Assembly (NCBI GenBank): GCA_010356995.1
Contig: ML996688.1
Coordinates: 868,001 to 932,000, forward strand
DNA length: 64,000 nucleotides
DNA from: Trichodelitschia bisporula
Lineage: Eukaryota
Direction: 5' to 3'
The translations under genes and the position numbers were made by a program. How positions within the stretch are numbered: the first letter of the stretch is position 1; the number at the start of each line of letters is the position of its first letter. Below the pieces are notes generated by a model. That model did not search any database. It was not told the origin of the DNA and worked only from the letters and a program-made list of their open reading frames with translations. This document shows, piece after piece, positions 34,684 through 48,690 of this stretch.

Positions 34684-35910
34684 GATGCAGTGGACCGAGG
34701 CCTTTCCGCAGCCCAGGTTTGGAGGGTGAGATGCTGCTGTCCGGAGGAAACAGCGATTGGGGACGGGTGAGATCCGGGATAGCGAGATCTGCAATCGCAA
34801 GGGGAAGGATGGGAAAGAACGATGAAGGGGGGTCGGAGCATTTTAGGAGGAAGATAGAGACAAGGCGAAGACGAGTGGCCTGTATGGCAGGCGGCCAGGC
34901 AGTAAGGCAGAAAGTTACTTACCGTAGGTTCAGGTCCGATCTGATCAAGGAACAAGGCGATGGCGCACTGACCTCCCAGGGATCAAAGCGCAAGGCCAAG
35001 ATATCTTTTTCAGGCTCTCGTCCCTTTTGAGGAATGCACGAAATCTCAAGGGAACCCCCGAACGGGGAAGGACGGAAGACACTGTGACTGGTGAACGGGC
35101 GCTTAGCCACGAGCTTGCCGCTGAAGAGGGCGGGACCTAGAACTAAGAGAGAACAAGGGCAAGGGCAGCTCTTTCCTTCTGGCTAGTCGCTCTGGTTGTA
35201 CCGTAATAATGGTTGTTGACTCTCTCTCTTCCTCACAGCTTCACCCCTCTTCTTTGCTGCTCTCGGGGCGAGACAAACGTAAGATTGATGACAGAGGCGG
35301 ATAACTTCCTCCATAACAATACTAGAGAAGACGAAGCAAAAGGGGAATGTTTGTTATTGTGTTGCTGCTGCTCTTGCAAGCAAACTGGTTCGACAAGCCA
35401 TCATCGTTCCCTTTTTCCCCTCGTTTCTTCCTTCCCCTACCCCACTTTTTTTGGGGGTTCCACTCAGACCACAAACCACTAAACCACCATCACGACCCTC
35501 GTCACTTCCTAAAAAATCCTCAACAGCAGAAGCGTCGCTTCCCTCGCTGCTTTGATATCCCCGCACTCCGCTCATCTCCCGACGACCCCCTCCCTCCTTT
35601 CCTCCCCCCCCCCCATCTTCCGCCCCGCTGCTCTATGGGCGGAGAGTTAAGGCATCCTTTCCCTCTAACCCTCGGACGTGCCCAACGCCCAGACCAACAC
35701 TTTTGCTTGCTAAACTTCCCCACCTCTCCCCCAGCCCCACCATCACCCATCAACCTACCTTCTCCGCACTTCTAAATATCACACATATCCCGCTCTCTCA
35801 CCTTCACTCCTCTCAGCGTATCGGTCATCTGAAGCAATCAACCACTTTGGCTTTCGTCTCAAAGTGTTCTCCATCGTCTACCATTCTCCAACCACCCCCC
35901 GTCCCGTCCC

Positions 35911-37634
35911 ATGGGCAACAACACGTCCAAAGGCTCGGCGGGGAACGCTGCACAATCCCCACCCCCATCCACTCCCGTTCCAGGGTCGCAAACTGCCGCC
36001 AGCAATGCGCAGTCAGAACGTAGGCAGCCTCGTCGCCGCGAGTCCCTGGTCGGCCTGACGTCAAACCGCACGGCGAAGCCGTCGGCAAACCTCCAGAGCA
36101 CCATAGCTCATCCGACCACAGCACAATCTTCGTCACGCTCGGCCCGTGAAGCTCTTCGAAGTCAGACAGCCGCTGTGCCCTTCTTCTCGCAGCCCCCTCC
36201 TCCACAGAGTTCTCAGACCCCGCACTTGCGACCTCATACCGAGCGTGGAGAGAAACCAGAGCCGGAAAGGCCGGAGCAACGGTCCCCGCTGCCCGTGAGC
36301 CCTCCATCGGCACCTCAACCTTCCCAGCCCATAGCCGTAGCCACCACTGCTGCCGCTGCAGCCGCACAACATGCACCACTCTCGCCAGCCAGCACCACTG
36401 AGACCCCTTCTTTACTCGAAGATGAGACGTACGAGCTACCACCCGCGCAGTTTACGCGTCCACCCCGCCTGCCGCTCCCCATTGAAGAGGAGATGCGCAC
36501 TCCGGGATCGCCCATATTATCTCCAGATGACGTTGCGGCGCCAATTGGCCCTATGGCGGATGACGTTGGGTTGCCGCGTAGAACATCGGTGCTGAGTAGT
36601 GCGACTGCGGATGACGAGGACCTTGGAGACGACTTAGACTACTTGGAAGGCCCGCACAAGGCAGTGCCTACGATGATTGAATGGAGACAAGGTGGAGAGA
36701 AGGTCTACGTGACGGGTACCTTTGCTGGATGGGATCGTAAGTTCAGGTTGCATAAAGGGTAGGTTGATTACACCCTTTTGGTCATCTCTAGACACTGAGC
36801 TTGGGTCTTCTTCGTCTCATACTAACTCGTCTCAGGGGCCCGAGCAAGCACAAGGACGCCCTTTCAGCCGTGATCAACTTGCAGCCGGGGACACATCACA
36901 TTCGCTTCATCGTTGATGGTGACATGAAGCTGTCCAATACGCTCCCAACTGCCGTCGATTTCACAAACTTCCTTGTGAACTACATAGAAGTCTCAGCCGA
37001 CGACCTTCTACCCCACGACCCCACCAAGGCTGTTGATCAAACGGCGAAACCACTTCCTGCACTTGCTGCTCAGCCCGCCCCCGCTCCGCCACAGGTGGAA
37101 TTGCGCGCCCCACCAGGCGTGTTTCCTCCCCAGCTTCTCCCTCCAACGCCCGAGCTCATTCCCATTGTGATACCGCCGCGCGAGGCTACGCCACGTGCTT
37201 CTGCCACACGTGACTCTCCTAGGACGACGAGGCCAACGCCGGTAGCCCCGACAAAGCCGAAGAAGTATCACAACGTCATTCCTCAGTTTTTGGTGGATTT
37301 GGACGAATCGGAAGATTCCCCGCGCTTCGCAAGAGCGAGTGCTGTCGTCAGCACTGCACCTGCCCCACCAAGTCTGCCCCTGTTCCTTGGAAAGAGTATC
37401 CTCAACGGTAATACACCGATGAAGGATGATGCTAGCGTGCTCAATATGCCGAACCATACCGTCTTGAACCACCTCGCCACGAGCAGCATTCGCAACAAGG
37501 TGCTTGCCACGTCGGCCACGACGCGGTACAAGCGCAAGGCAAGTCATCACTGGCGTAGGATCAGCGTAGTGCTAACCGATTACTAGTTCCTCACGACCAT
37601 AATGTATAAGCCGACGTCGACCGACGTCCAATGA
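35911..37634 (+). CDS. GAL83: Snf1/AMPK kinase complex beta subunit (Gal83/Sip2 family)
   Basis: Myristoylation start MGNNTS; CBM48 motif EWRQGGEKVYVTGTFAGWD; ASC domain PPSLPLFL...PNHTVLNHLATSSI...TTRYKRK|FLTTIMYKP; last intron is GC-AG. Confidence 0.93.
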
Positions 37635-38185
37635 AAACGTGCGCCATTAACATGGCTGTAAGCTAACGCTCTTAATGCAACCTTGGAATTTGGGCGGAAG
37701 TTTGCCGGTTACGTGCTTTTTACGGATACCATACGGTTTGTTGCTGCCTTTTGCAGCCTGGGCGCTCGATAAAAGTGCTACAATGACGAAGGAAGCCGTT
37801 AGTCCTTGTCTCGGCTTTGATGCTTCTTGCATCACCTCTCGATGAGCTTCCTTGGTGTCAGCAAAAGTCTGTAGATAATCATGTCGCTGGTCGCAGGTGG
37901 ACAAACGCTCTAAATCGTCTTCTCCGCCACGGCGGCGTTTGAGCGCGAGTTCCCCAACAAAAGGGTCTCTCTCGGGTTCATCCCCCTTGCTCGGATATCT
38001 GATCTGATTTGGTTGGGAAAATGGGTTATCTGGGCGGACATGCTGGCGTGGCATACTGAGGGTTTGGATGTGTGGTAATTTCGCCCCTTAGACCTGATGC
38101 TTTGTCGTTCTTTGTTCTGGTAGACGGGCGGAATAGATTGCATGGCGCTTGTGGGTCAATGGTGCTTTTTAATGCTGTGTCCGCT

Positions 38186-39345
38186 TCATCCGTCCCGACC
38201 CCGCCATCCCACATACACGGCATCCGTCCGGAAGCGCTGCGTAGTGAAGCTTCCCTCTATAGACCCGCGCACGCCGGTGTTGTACTCCAGCAGCCCAGCA
38301 TGCGCAATCATAATGCCGTTGTCAATGCAAAACCGCTCATCCGTCGCAAACACGCTGCCGCCACGCTCGTGCGCCATACTCCCCATCATCTCCTGCAACC
38401 GCTCATTGCACCCCACCCCCCCGACAATAAGCACCTGCGTCGCGCCCACATGCGCCATCGCCCGCTCCGTAATCTCAACCAGCATCGCAAACGCCGTCTC
38501 CTGCAAACTGAAACACAGATCCGCCGGCGTGACCCGCTTACCATCCACCTCCATCCCCTCGGGACTCAGCACCCGCGAAGCAATTATCTCAGTAGCAGCC
38601 AACACGCCGCTGAACGAGCAATCCATTCCTTTAACCGCGTAGGGCAGGTCGACGAGGATACCACCGCCCTGCTTGGCGAGTTGCTCGACGTTATACCCTG
38701 GCGCTGGGTCGTTGGGTATGCACAGCGCGCGCGCGAAGCGGTCGAGGCAGTTTCCTACCGCGATGTCGAGGGCTTCGCCGAAGATGCGGTATCGGTGCGC
38801 GGCGTAGGCGATTACTTGGGTGTTGCCCCCCGACACGTAGAGGACGACGGGGTGGCTGGCGCCGGTTATGGCGCGGCCCATTTCGATGTCTATGTCGCCC
38901 ATTAGTTGTGATCGGGAGGGAGGAAGCAGAGGAGGCACGCACGTCCAACGCAGTGATTAACCCCCACCAAACCCCCCTCCCCCAGTCCCCACAGCGCCGC
39001 CAGCGTCCTAGCCACAACCGCCACGGCCTGCAGCGGCGCGCCCATGCCCGGCCCCCTTGTGTAGGATATGCATGTTATATCGCAGGGCCGGACGCGCGCC
39101 TGCTGCATGGCGCGTTTGACGAGCCGGACTATCCAAGCTCTATGGTGGGCCGCTGTGTCCTTGGGGAGGAAGCCGGCGCCGGGGGGGGAGTGGTAGGTAT
39201 GGCGGAGGTTGGCGAGGATGGTGGGGGGAGCTGCCGGGGAGGAGTGCGAGATGATGCCGATGCCGAGTTTGTTGGCGGAGCCTTCGAGGCCGAGGGATAT
39301 GGTCCGCTTCCCGCTGGGGGACGGCGGAGGGGGGTTTTCGGACAT
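38186..39345 (-). CDS. KAE1: tRNA N6-threonylcarbamoyladenosine biosynthesis protein Kae1 (KEOPS)
   Basis: [72 protein letters not shown]. Confidence 0.96.
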
Positions 39346-40495
39346 GGTGGTGGATTATTTGAAGGTTGAGATGGGAATGTGGGGGAGGTGTGTGGTGGGG
39401 TTGAGGTTTGAGGCGGAAGGGGCGTGCCAAGGATGCAGCCTTGTGGCTGGGCTGAGGGGTTTTTGCTGACGATGACGAGCGAGGGGCGCGGGCTTGTGGT
39501 TGGCTGTTGGGATATGAAGCTTTTTGGAGGGGCAGCCTTGCGGTCTTGTGCTCGTAAGTCGAAAAGAGGGTAGAGCGATGGGTCATTCTCGATTTGAGTA
39601 GGATATCAATCATTGAAGTTTCACTAAGCTGCTTTCAATATTTTCTCGGCAAGGAGCCCGTTCGAGCCTCGATCCCCTTTACGAAGGGTTGAACGAGTAT
39701 GCTGATAATCGTGAGTTGGAGGCGAGAAAGTAGAGCTCTCATACCTGACGAGCTGGGAGGATATGGCTAGAGAAGTCTAATGCTCATAATATCCACGGTA
39801 AGCCATCTCGAAAGATGCTTGGACTCCATCGTGCAGGTGAGGTTGTGGCAAATTCAAGGTCCTCAAGCGACTCACCATAGATGATGCTCAGCTACCGCGT
39901 CATCCAACAGGCATACGCAACGCAGGGCAGGGCAGGGTGTAAAAGGCTCTACCGTTCCACCCTCATGTTGATCGAACTCAGCTGGGGGTTGTTGCAAGCT
40001 TGATATTCAAAAAGCTCCCATCTAGAGTAAACACTGCATCTGATTTGTCAAGTGATAATCAACCGCCCACTAACGGTTGGTGTGCATAAAGCTGATTGAA
40101 CGAGATTCGAGCAAATCCATCAGACAGCCTTGCAAACCTTCTAGCACCCCTTTCGAACCCCCTTCGCAGCAGCAAGACAGCTGTAACGGACTTGCAAAAG
40201 GCTGTCCACCATCAGCACTGTACTCGCTACAAATCAGGCCTCTTAGAACATAGAAGGTGCGGGCCCTCCATATCCAGACGCAACAAGCCATAAGAGAGGC
40301 TTAGCAAAGAAAAGGAAAAGTCGCATCTTGTTCCGAAAACGCCCCAACCATCCAAGCAAAGCTCGGTATCCTCGCCTCCCAGCCAGCACCGAAACACCAT
40401 AGAGTACAAACATTCAGAGCAATGGATGCTTGAGCGCCAGTGCCGCTCTGCCAATCGATGAAGCGTTGCATCTCATACCCACGTCCCAGGAATAC

Positions 40496-41129
40496 TTATC
40501 CCAACCCACCCCAAGCGCCACGGATACGTCGTGCAAGCTGAATGTCCTTCTGCATGATAGTGACACGCTTCGCATGGATGGCGCAAAGGTTGGTATCCTC
40601 GAAGAGATGCACTAGGAAAGCTTCCGTCGCCTCCTGGAGCGCCATAATGGCCTGTGATTGCCAGCGCAGGACCTCACCATGGGGCACGAAGCTGAGGGCA
40701 ACCTCCCTGACCTGTTCATCAACTTAGACATGCGCCATATAGAAACCCAGAATATGCTCACAAGACGCGCAAAGGGAAGTTTAGTCAGCAACAGCTCCGT
40801 CGAGCGCTGGAAGTGCCGAATCTCGCGCAGTGCGACTGTGCCAGGCTTGTACCGGCGCTTCTTGCTGGGGGTTGGGGGTTCAGCTGCCGTCGGTTAGTAC
40901 AGTGTACATAACATGCGCCCTGCACGATGCAGCAGCTCAACGATGGATTGATCATACTCCTGCGAACCGTTTTGACCGGCGCCGCAACAGGTCTCTTGCC
41001 GCCCGGTTGGCGCACACCGCTCGCGCTGCTGCTGGAGAGTCGACCGCCCGAGGGGCGCGCACGTCCGGTACCACGTCCAGCACCGCGCGTGGGACCGTGG
41101 ACGGCGGTTTGTTTAGTGCGAGGTGCCAT
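40496..41129 (-). CDS. CSE4: Centromeric histone H3 variant CENP-A (CenH3)
   Basis: Divergent N-tail; [107 protein letters not shown] and the W-containing C-terminus are CenH3-type. Confidence 0.92.
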
Positions 41130-41495
41130 GTTGTTGCGAAAGAGTGACCGAGCCGATGCGACCGTAGGAGTTTTGGCGCAATTGCACCCGCATGCACGGT
41201 AGGGTGGTCGGACGAAGGAGGAGAAATGTGGGAGGCTGGTAGCGCGGGGATGGAGTTGAGGGTGGGTGGTCGTGGAGGATGATCGCGGGGGTGGGTGTGA
41301 TGCCTCAGTATCCGAGTCGTGGCTTCCCAGAGGGCCGTACGTACGCCCGGAGTTCTTGGGTTGGCGTGAGTTTGGGGTTGAGTGGTTGTCGCGAAGGTCG
41401 GGGCCTTGTTGTTGCTCTCAGGTTCGCGGCGCGTTGAAGGGCAGAGGCTGGTCGTGTGGCTGGTGCTTTGCTTTGTTGATGTGTGGCTGAAGCAG

Positions 41496-41519
41496 GGAGC
41501 GGAGCGGAGCGGAGCGGAG
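41496..41519. repeat. GGAGC pentanucleotide microsatellite (about 5 units) in the CENP-A/Der1 divergent promoter
   Basis: ggagcggagcggagcggagcggag. Confidence 0.8.
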
Positions 41520-41860
41520 AGGTGCGAAAACAGCCAAGGCCAAGGCAAAGGGTTATGGCTAAGCTATGACGCCCTTACCGCATTTGACCCAGCGAAGATT
41601 GGACGGAAGCCACTTCGCTGGCCTTCTCCGATCCATGCTCGAGGCAATTCGCATTTCCAACCACTTCTCCGTCTTGGTGCAACTTGGCCTCGTCTGGCAG
41701 CTTGTATATGAGGAATCTACTTCCACGCTAGCATTCAACTCCGTAGCATAACTCATTGCTTGCTCTCTTGCATCTACTCCATTCCCGTCCCGCTCTTTGT
41801 CTCCATCCCGAGCTCTCCACCTCACCACCACCCAGCCTCCGCCCCTTATCCCCGCGCATC

Positions 41861-42638
41861 ATGAACGCAATGGCCGACCAAATCCCACTAGAGCAGTGGT
41901 TCTGGGAAATGCCCCTCCTAACCCGCTGGTGGACAAGCTCAGCCATCGCATGCGCCGTCCTCGTCCAATGCCGCATCCTCTCCCCCTTCAACCTCTTCTA
42001 CAGCTACCGTGCCGTCATGAAGGGGCAATACTGGCGCCTCTTCACACCATTCATATACTTCGGTCCACTCTCACTGGACCTCCTCTTCCACGTCTTCTTC
42101 CTCGCTCGCTACTCCCGCCTCATCGAGGAATCCTCCGGTCGCTCCCCAGCGCACTACAGCTACATGCTCGCTTTCGCCGCTGCCTTCCTCCTCTGCCTCG
42201 CCCCGCTCTTCTCTATCACTTTCCTCGGCTCCGCGGCTAGTAGCACCATGGTCTACGTCTGGAGTCGCCGGAATCCGGATACCTTGCTCAGCTTCTTCGG
42301 TCTGCTGGTCTTCCGCGCGCCCTGGCTGCCGTGGGTGCTCATGGCCGTGAGCGTCGCGATGCATGGCATCATTCCGCGGGATGAGATTTGCGGGGTTGTG
42401 GTTGGGCACGGTGAGTTCCGTTTCTCACGGATGCTTGAGGCGCAGTTACTGATTCCTCGCAGTCTGGTACTACTTCAATGACATCTACCCTCCGACCCAC
42501 AATGGTCACCGCCCGCTCGACCCGCCAGGGTGGTGGGTCCGTCTATGGGAAGATCGCCCCGCCGAAACGGAGGTGGACGATGTGCAGCATGACGTGGCAG
42601 TGGCAGCGGCACCAGTACCAGCAGCCGAGGTTCGGTAG
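41861..42638 (+). CDS. DER1: Derlin Der1 (ER-associated degradation)
   Basis: PLEQWFWEMP...QYWRLFTPFIYFG...YSRLIEES...VYVWSRRNP...APWLPW...GVVVGH|VWYYFNDIYP; intron ~42411-42462. Confidence 0.92.
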
Positions 42639-42901
42639 GCCATGATAGGACATGGTGAAAGCTCGCTACATGGGCAGGCGTTTTGGTTGTGGCTGGATGG
42701 CATGTATTCACAAGTGATACCCGGATAAAATCGAATTTAGGCATGATTCCTTCCTTTGCATCTCTTCGCTTCTATTACTACCTTAGAATTCCTCCACGGC
42801 TGCAGACTATGCGCGGTATCAGTATGTACTGACCCTCTGTCCAGTGATATCCCCCCCATCCGACGCCGGAAATGCCGTCAATGAACCCAATCATCACACA
42901 C

Positions 42902-45002
42902 TCAAGCACCGAGCAACTCCTTGGGCAGGCAAGCAAACACAGTGCTCACACTCGCCATAGCAGCGCTAATCACAATGAGCACCCAATTCATCCACCACTC
43001 ACCCCTACCCAGTTCCTTGCCAAACAGCTTGAGATGAAACGCAAGCGGCAAGATGATGCAAATGGTGAAGCAGCACACAGCGCCCAGAAACGTCATGATG
43101 CGATCAAAACTCGGGAACACAATCGCAATCGCCACAAACACAATAGTCGTGATAACGCGGATCGCGCCCTTTAGCAACCCACGCGATAACGCCGATAACC
43201 CGACGCAGCCGGAATTGCTAGCAATCGCGCGCGAGTCGAGTCCGACCATGACTTCGATGGTGGTGACGATGGGACGGGCGTTGAGGGGGATCTTAGTGAG
43301 CGGAATGATGGCGATGAAGGCGACAATCATGACGGAGAGGAAGTTGGGGTAGCCGGCTGTGCGGAGGATGTTAGATGTGATTTCCTCGCTGACTTCGTCG
43401 CCGAACATAAGGAGGCCTGCGACGGCCATGCTGGTGTCGAGCAGGTAGGTGAAGGCGTAGGTGATGTCGACGCCGCGGTGGTACTTGTATGGATGGCGCA
43501 TGTCCCGGTAGATGTTGGGGAACACGCTGTGGCCGCCCCAGGGAGCTGAGGATGATTAGCGGGTGATATACTAGCTGTGGGGGATACTTACACATGAGTA
43601 GACCGAATGCTAGCGGCAGGGTAAGCCAGCTCTGGGGGAAAAGATAGGTTTTGGCAGGGCTCCGAAGGGAGCCTGGGGCCTCGGCCTTGACGAGCCCGTC
43701 GATGAACACAGCGGCCACAACTGTGATGGTCAGCCTCGTGATCATGCTTCAGAAGGAATTACACTTACTGCCAAAGCAGCACATGACGCCCAGGATGCTA
43801 GTAAAGCTCAACAAACGAAGTGGAAGAAAACTGAGGGGTATCAAAACGACGCAGCAGATGAGTTTCCATGTAAGCGCTCCAACTCCGGGAATTAGGGCAT
43901 CTAGGCTGTCTGCAAAGAGAACCACCAATGCTACACAAGCAGCAACAAGCTCAATGGTGAACAAAAGGCTGGTTGCAAGACGAGCCTTGGAGCCAAAAGA
44001 GACAAACGCGAGATCCGCAAACGTGATCAGCGAGTTGTCCACATCAAGACACTTTGCAAGCAGTTTAGCGGTGTACTTAGTCGTGATGGCCGAGTAGGCA
44101 AAGAAGATCATGCCCACGACCCAACCCGAGTACTTCAGCCCCAACGGGAGACTGAGCAGACCAACACCAATGAGGACGTTTACGGAGTTGAAGATGGTCT
44201 GCGGCAGAGTGGATTGTCCCACCACAACATTGTAGATCACGCCGTCTTCTTCCACTTGCTTCACGATTAGCGGAGTCCGCTCCTTATCCGGGGTAGCGTC
44301 CTTGATCTGCTGCTCCGCAACAAGACGCGCGGCATGTCTCCTGATGGGCTCGGCTAAGCGCGAGTTCATGCTCCCGTACATGGTGCCGTAACTGCCGCCA
44401 AAGGCTGATGCTAGCGAGGGTTCGACGCTGAAGAGTTCGTCTCTGGCGGCCAGCCTCTGCTCACTGAGACGCCTCTGCAGTGCTGACTGTTCGCCAGACC
44501 CCTCAGCGTCATCATCGTGGACAGCACCGTCAGATGCATGTCGGGGTTCGTTATCGAAAGCATCACGAAGTAAAGATCTAGAGGCCTCCGGGCTCTCAGC
44601 AATGTCCTCGCGGGCGTACGTATGGGCGTCATCCTCGGACTCGAAACGAAAAGCCGGTCGTACGGGAGTGATTTCGTGGAAACCTGCAGCACGTTGCCAG
44701 GAGCGCGCAAAGTTGTCGATGCTATTGACACCGCCAGCCTGACGCAGGGCACTGAGGCGCATAGTCATGGAGGACCTGTGACGACGCGTAGATTAGCTTA
44801 CTGTTCGCGTCGAGAAGGGTCAAAACACAAACCGTCTGCGCCGCATTCCGCCATAGTATCCATCCTCCTCGTCGTCTCTAGAGTGTACTGAATGAGCATC
44901 CTCGCTCCATTGGATGTGGCTACCCGTTGTATCAACGGATCCCACACGCCCTCCTCTTTCATAATCGTCCCAATTTGGCGGGGGTTTGTTCGGCACGTTC
45001 AT
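42902..45002 (-). CDS. AVT1: Vacuolar amino acid transporter Avt1 family (Aa_trans)
   Basis: QAGGVNSIDNFARSWQRAAGF, GQSTLPQTIFNSVNVLIGVGLLSLP, PWGGHSVFPNIYRDMRHP, PLTKIPLNARP; three introns. Confidence 0.9.
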
Positions 45003-46412
45003 GGTCTCGCAGTTCGACGACCGATGGCAGGGCGAACAGAGTTCGATGTGGAGGAAGGGTGAGAGGATGTCGAGGATACTCGGAGCGGGAATCAACAACT
45101 GTTTGGTATGATCATGCGAGCACCAAACTCACGAAGACGCGCTGCAGGGAATTAGGTAGGCGTTAGCGAAAAACTATGGCGTTCGTAGCGGCGTCTCCAA
45201 GATAAACAAAGTTTAGTGTATCAAGTGGGGGTGAGGCTTGACCTAGAAAGCGAGGGGGAGGGGGAGGGGGAGGGGAAGGGTAAATGGCGAGGGCGGAGTT
45301 TTGACGAGGAAGTTGCGGGGTGCAGCACTGGACACGGACAGGACAAGAGCTGAAGCAGGAGGTTATATCGAACTCGCGATGGTCAGTAAGCGTCACATGG
45401 ACAGCATTTAGCAAGGCAAAGACCCATGATGATTTTGAGGTCAATGATAACGGGTTCCGCTTCGCAGGGTGCAGGTGGGGATGGGGGACCTTGACATTAC
45501 TACGCAGAGACGGCTCGGTGCCCAGGGAACGATGAGGGGGGACTGCGGCTCGGCGGATGCCAATTGCCCCATTCTCTTGCAAACGGTTATTGACGGCAAA
45601 GGCAGGTTGGCGGTGGTAGTGGCGGCTGCAAGCCGTGAGGATAGACGACAAGCAAAATTTGATGCTTGGCTTCACAATATCTGACTTGTCTGGTGAGAGA
45701 TAGAAAAAGATGAAGGTGGAGAAGATGAAATTGGCGATGTGTGACAGCATGGAGCAAGAAGCAGGTGATAATACCGCTGTCAGCCGTAACTGATATCAGA
45801 TGGCTACATACGGTATGTCCTTGACATACGTAATTGAGCATGAAAGCTTCCGTAGAGTAGGCCAGAACTGTGCAGATAGAACAATTCCCAGCTATGCGGC
45901 CATTGGTTGCTGCTGTTGGTGCAGCTTGTGCAAGCGAACAAAGCCACAATGCATGTGACAGTCGAGCATTTACGGTTGTATTAGAGTCAAGCCACACAAC
46001 CACGTCCCTACGCCACAACCGTGTTCTCAGGCGTATATCGGGCACCTCAGGCAGTATTCATCAATTTCTCTCCCCGCATACACGTGACGGGACCGAGGGC
46101 AGCCACTGACCCAAGCCTAAACTCCCACTGTCTGCTTCCAAGCTGTGCCTGTCAAACTCGCCTCGCAAGAAATTCTGCTCTTCCTTCCGAGCACCCTCCC
46201 CCAACGACTTCCCACCGAACCACACTTAACCAACCCATTACGTGTCCACCTCCATTCACTCGGAACAGTCATTTGCCTAACGGCGGTTCACTTTTGCCGC
46301 TGTCTGCAGAAGCCCTATTTAAAGACCTCGCTGCGAGGCACTCTCTCTAAGAGAACCCCGCACTTTGACAGTTTTTGGTCTCTACGCACTAGACCCCGCA
46401 CCAAACACAGGC

Positions 46413-47821
<1,409 letters not shown>

Positions 47822-47824
<3 letters not shown>

Positions 47825-48076
47825 CGGTTTTGCAACCTCGCCATAAGCGAGGCTGCCGCTCCAGAGAACCACTGCGCTGGTTCTTTGACGGCACCTCGTG
47901 GCCTTGAAGGGGAGAGGGTTGTCGTAGAAGCGCCATCGATGGAGACTGGGGAAGGACAAGTTGCGGCCGATCGCGCTCGTTTGTAAGTCGGTCATGGAGG
48001 TGCGGTTCGCCATGTGACATGGTACGTTTTCTGCGTGTCGTTCTTCTGACCAAAAGCTGATGCTAGACACAGCCAG
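47822..48076 (+). promoter_or_regulatory. Putative eRF1 stop-readthrough plus 3'UTR-intron (NMD) autoregulatory element
   Basis: TGA-CGG stop; hairpin CCTCGC-CATAA-GCGAGG at 47836-47852; 53 open codons to TAA 47984-47986; donors GTAAGT 47983 and GTACGT 48022; branch CTGAC 48046; acceptors at 48066, 48072 and 48076. Confidence 0.7.
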
Positions 48077-48690
48077 AGAGCGAAGGCGACGTTCAAGACC
48101 CGCCAGTTCAATGACCCAACTATCGTGGGGATTGTCCTCCAGTCCACATGAAGAGAGGGGGGCGGATTATGAGTGGTATTGATAGGCTATTGCTCTTGTT
48201 TTCTGGCATCTCACTACGGCTTTCAAAAAAGTTGAGAGTAATCTCGCCATTCTGGCGCTGATGCTAGAGGGCGCAAATTGAATCTGCTTTTACTTGAATT
48301 TTGGCACATTAATACGGTCCTTACCACTATTCTAGGAATAGTCAGAACAACTCACATTCCTGCAAAGTTCTGTCCGACCAGTGAAGTTATGTAGTACAGT
48401 GATTAAATGGTGAGCTATAGGCCCGAGCGCTATAATTTGGATGATCAGATGTTTGTCTTGAAACCGGAGGTGGATAGGGCCGACATCGCTTCGACCTGGC
48501 CCCTACTAAAGTAAGCCCAACTTCACCATTGACTTCCACGACCTCCACAAATCCCACATCCTTATCGCCTGCCCATTGGATTCTGCACGTTGCTTCTGTT
48601 ATTAATGACATCATAAAGGTGACATCCAAAAGACTTGCCTCTACTTCGGCGCGAACGGCCGCCGTCTTCGCCTCGGGCCGCATCACAAAA

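Noticed and set aside
39735..39845. CTGACGAG...CGAAA resembling a hammerhead ribozyme core
   Set aside because: Stem II does not close next to the core, the cleavage triplet would end in G, and the candidate stem I pairs with core bases.
45163..45750. 195-aa minus-strand ORF upstream of AVT1
   Set aside because: Low-complexity, promoter/UTR-like composition with no recognisable motif; probably a chance ORF or part of the leader.
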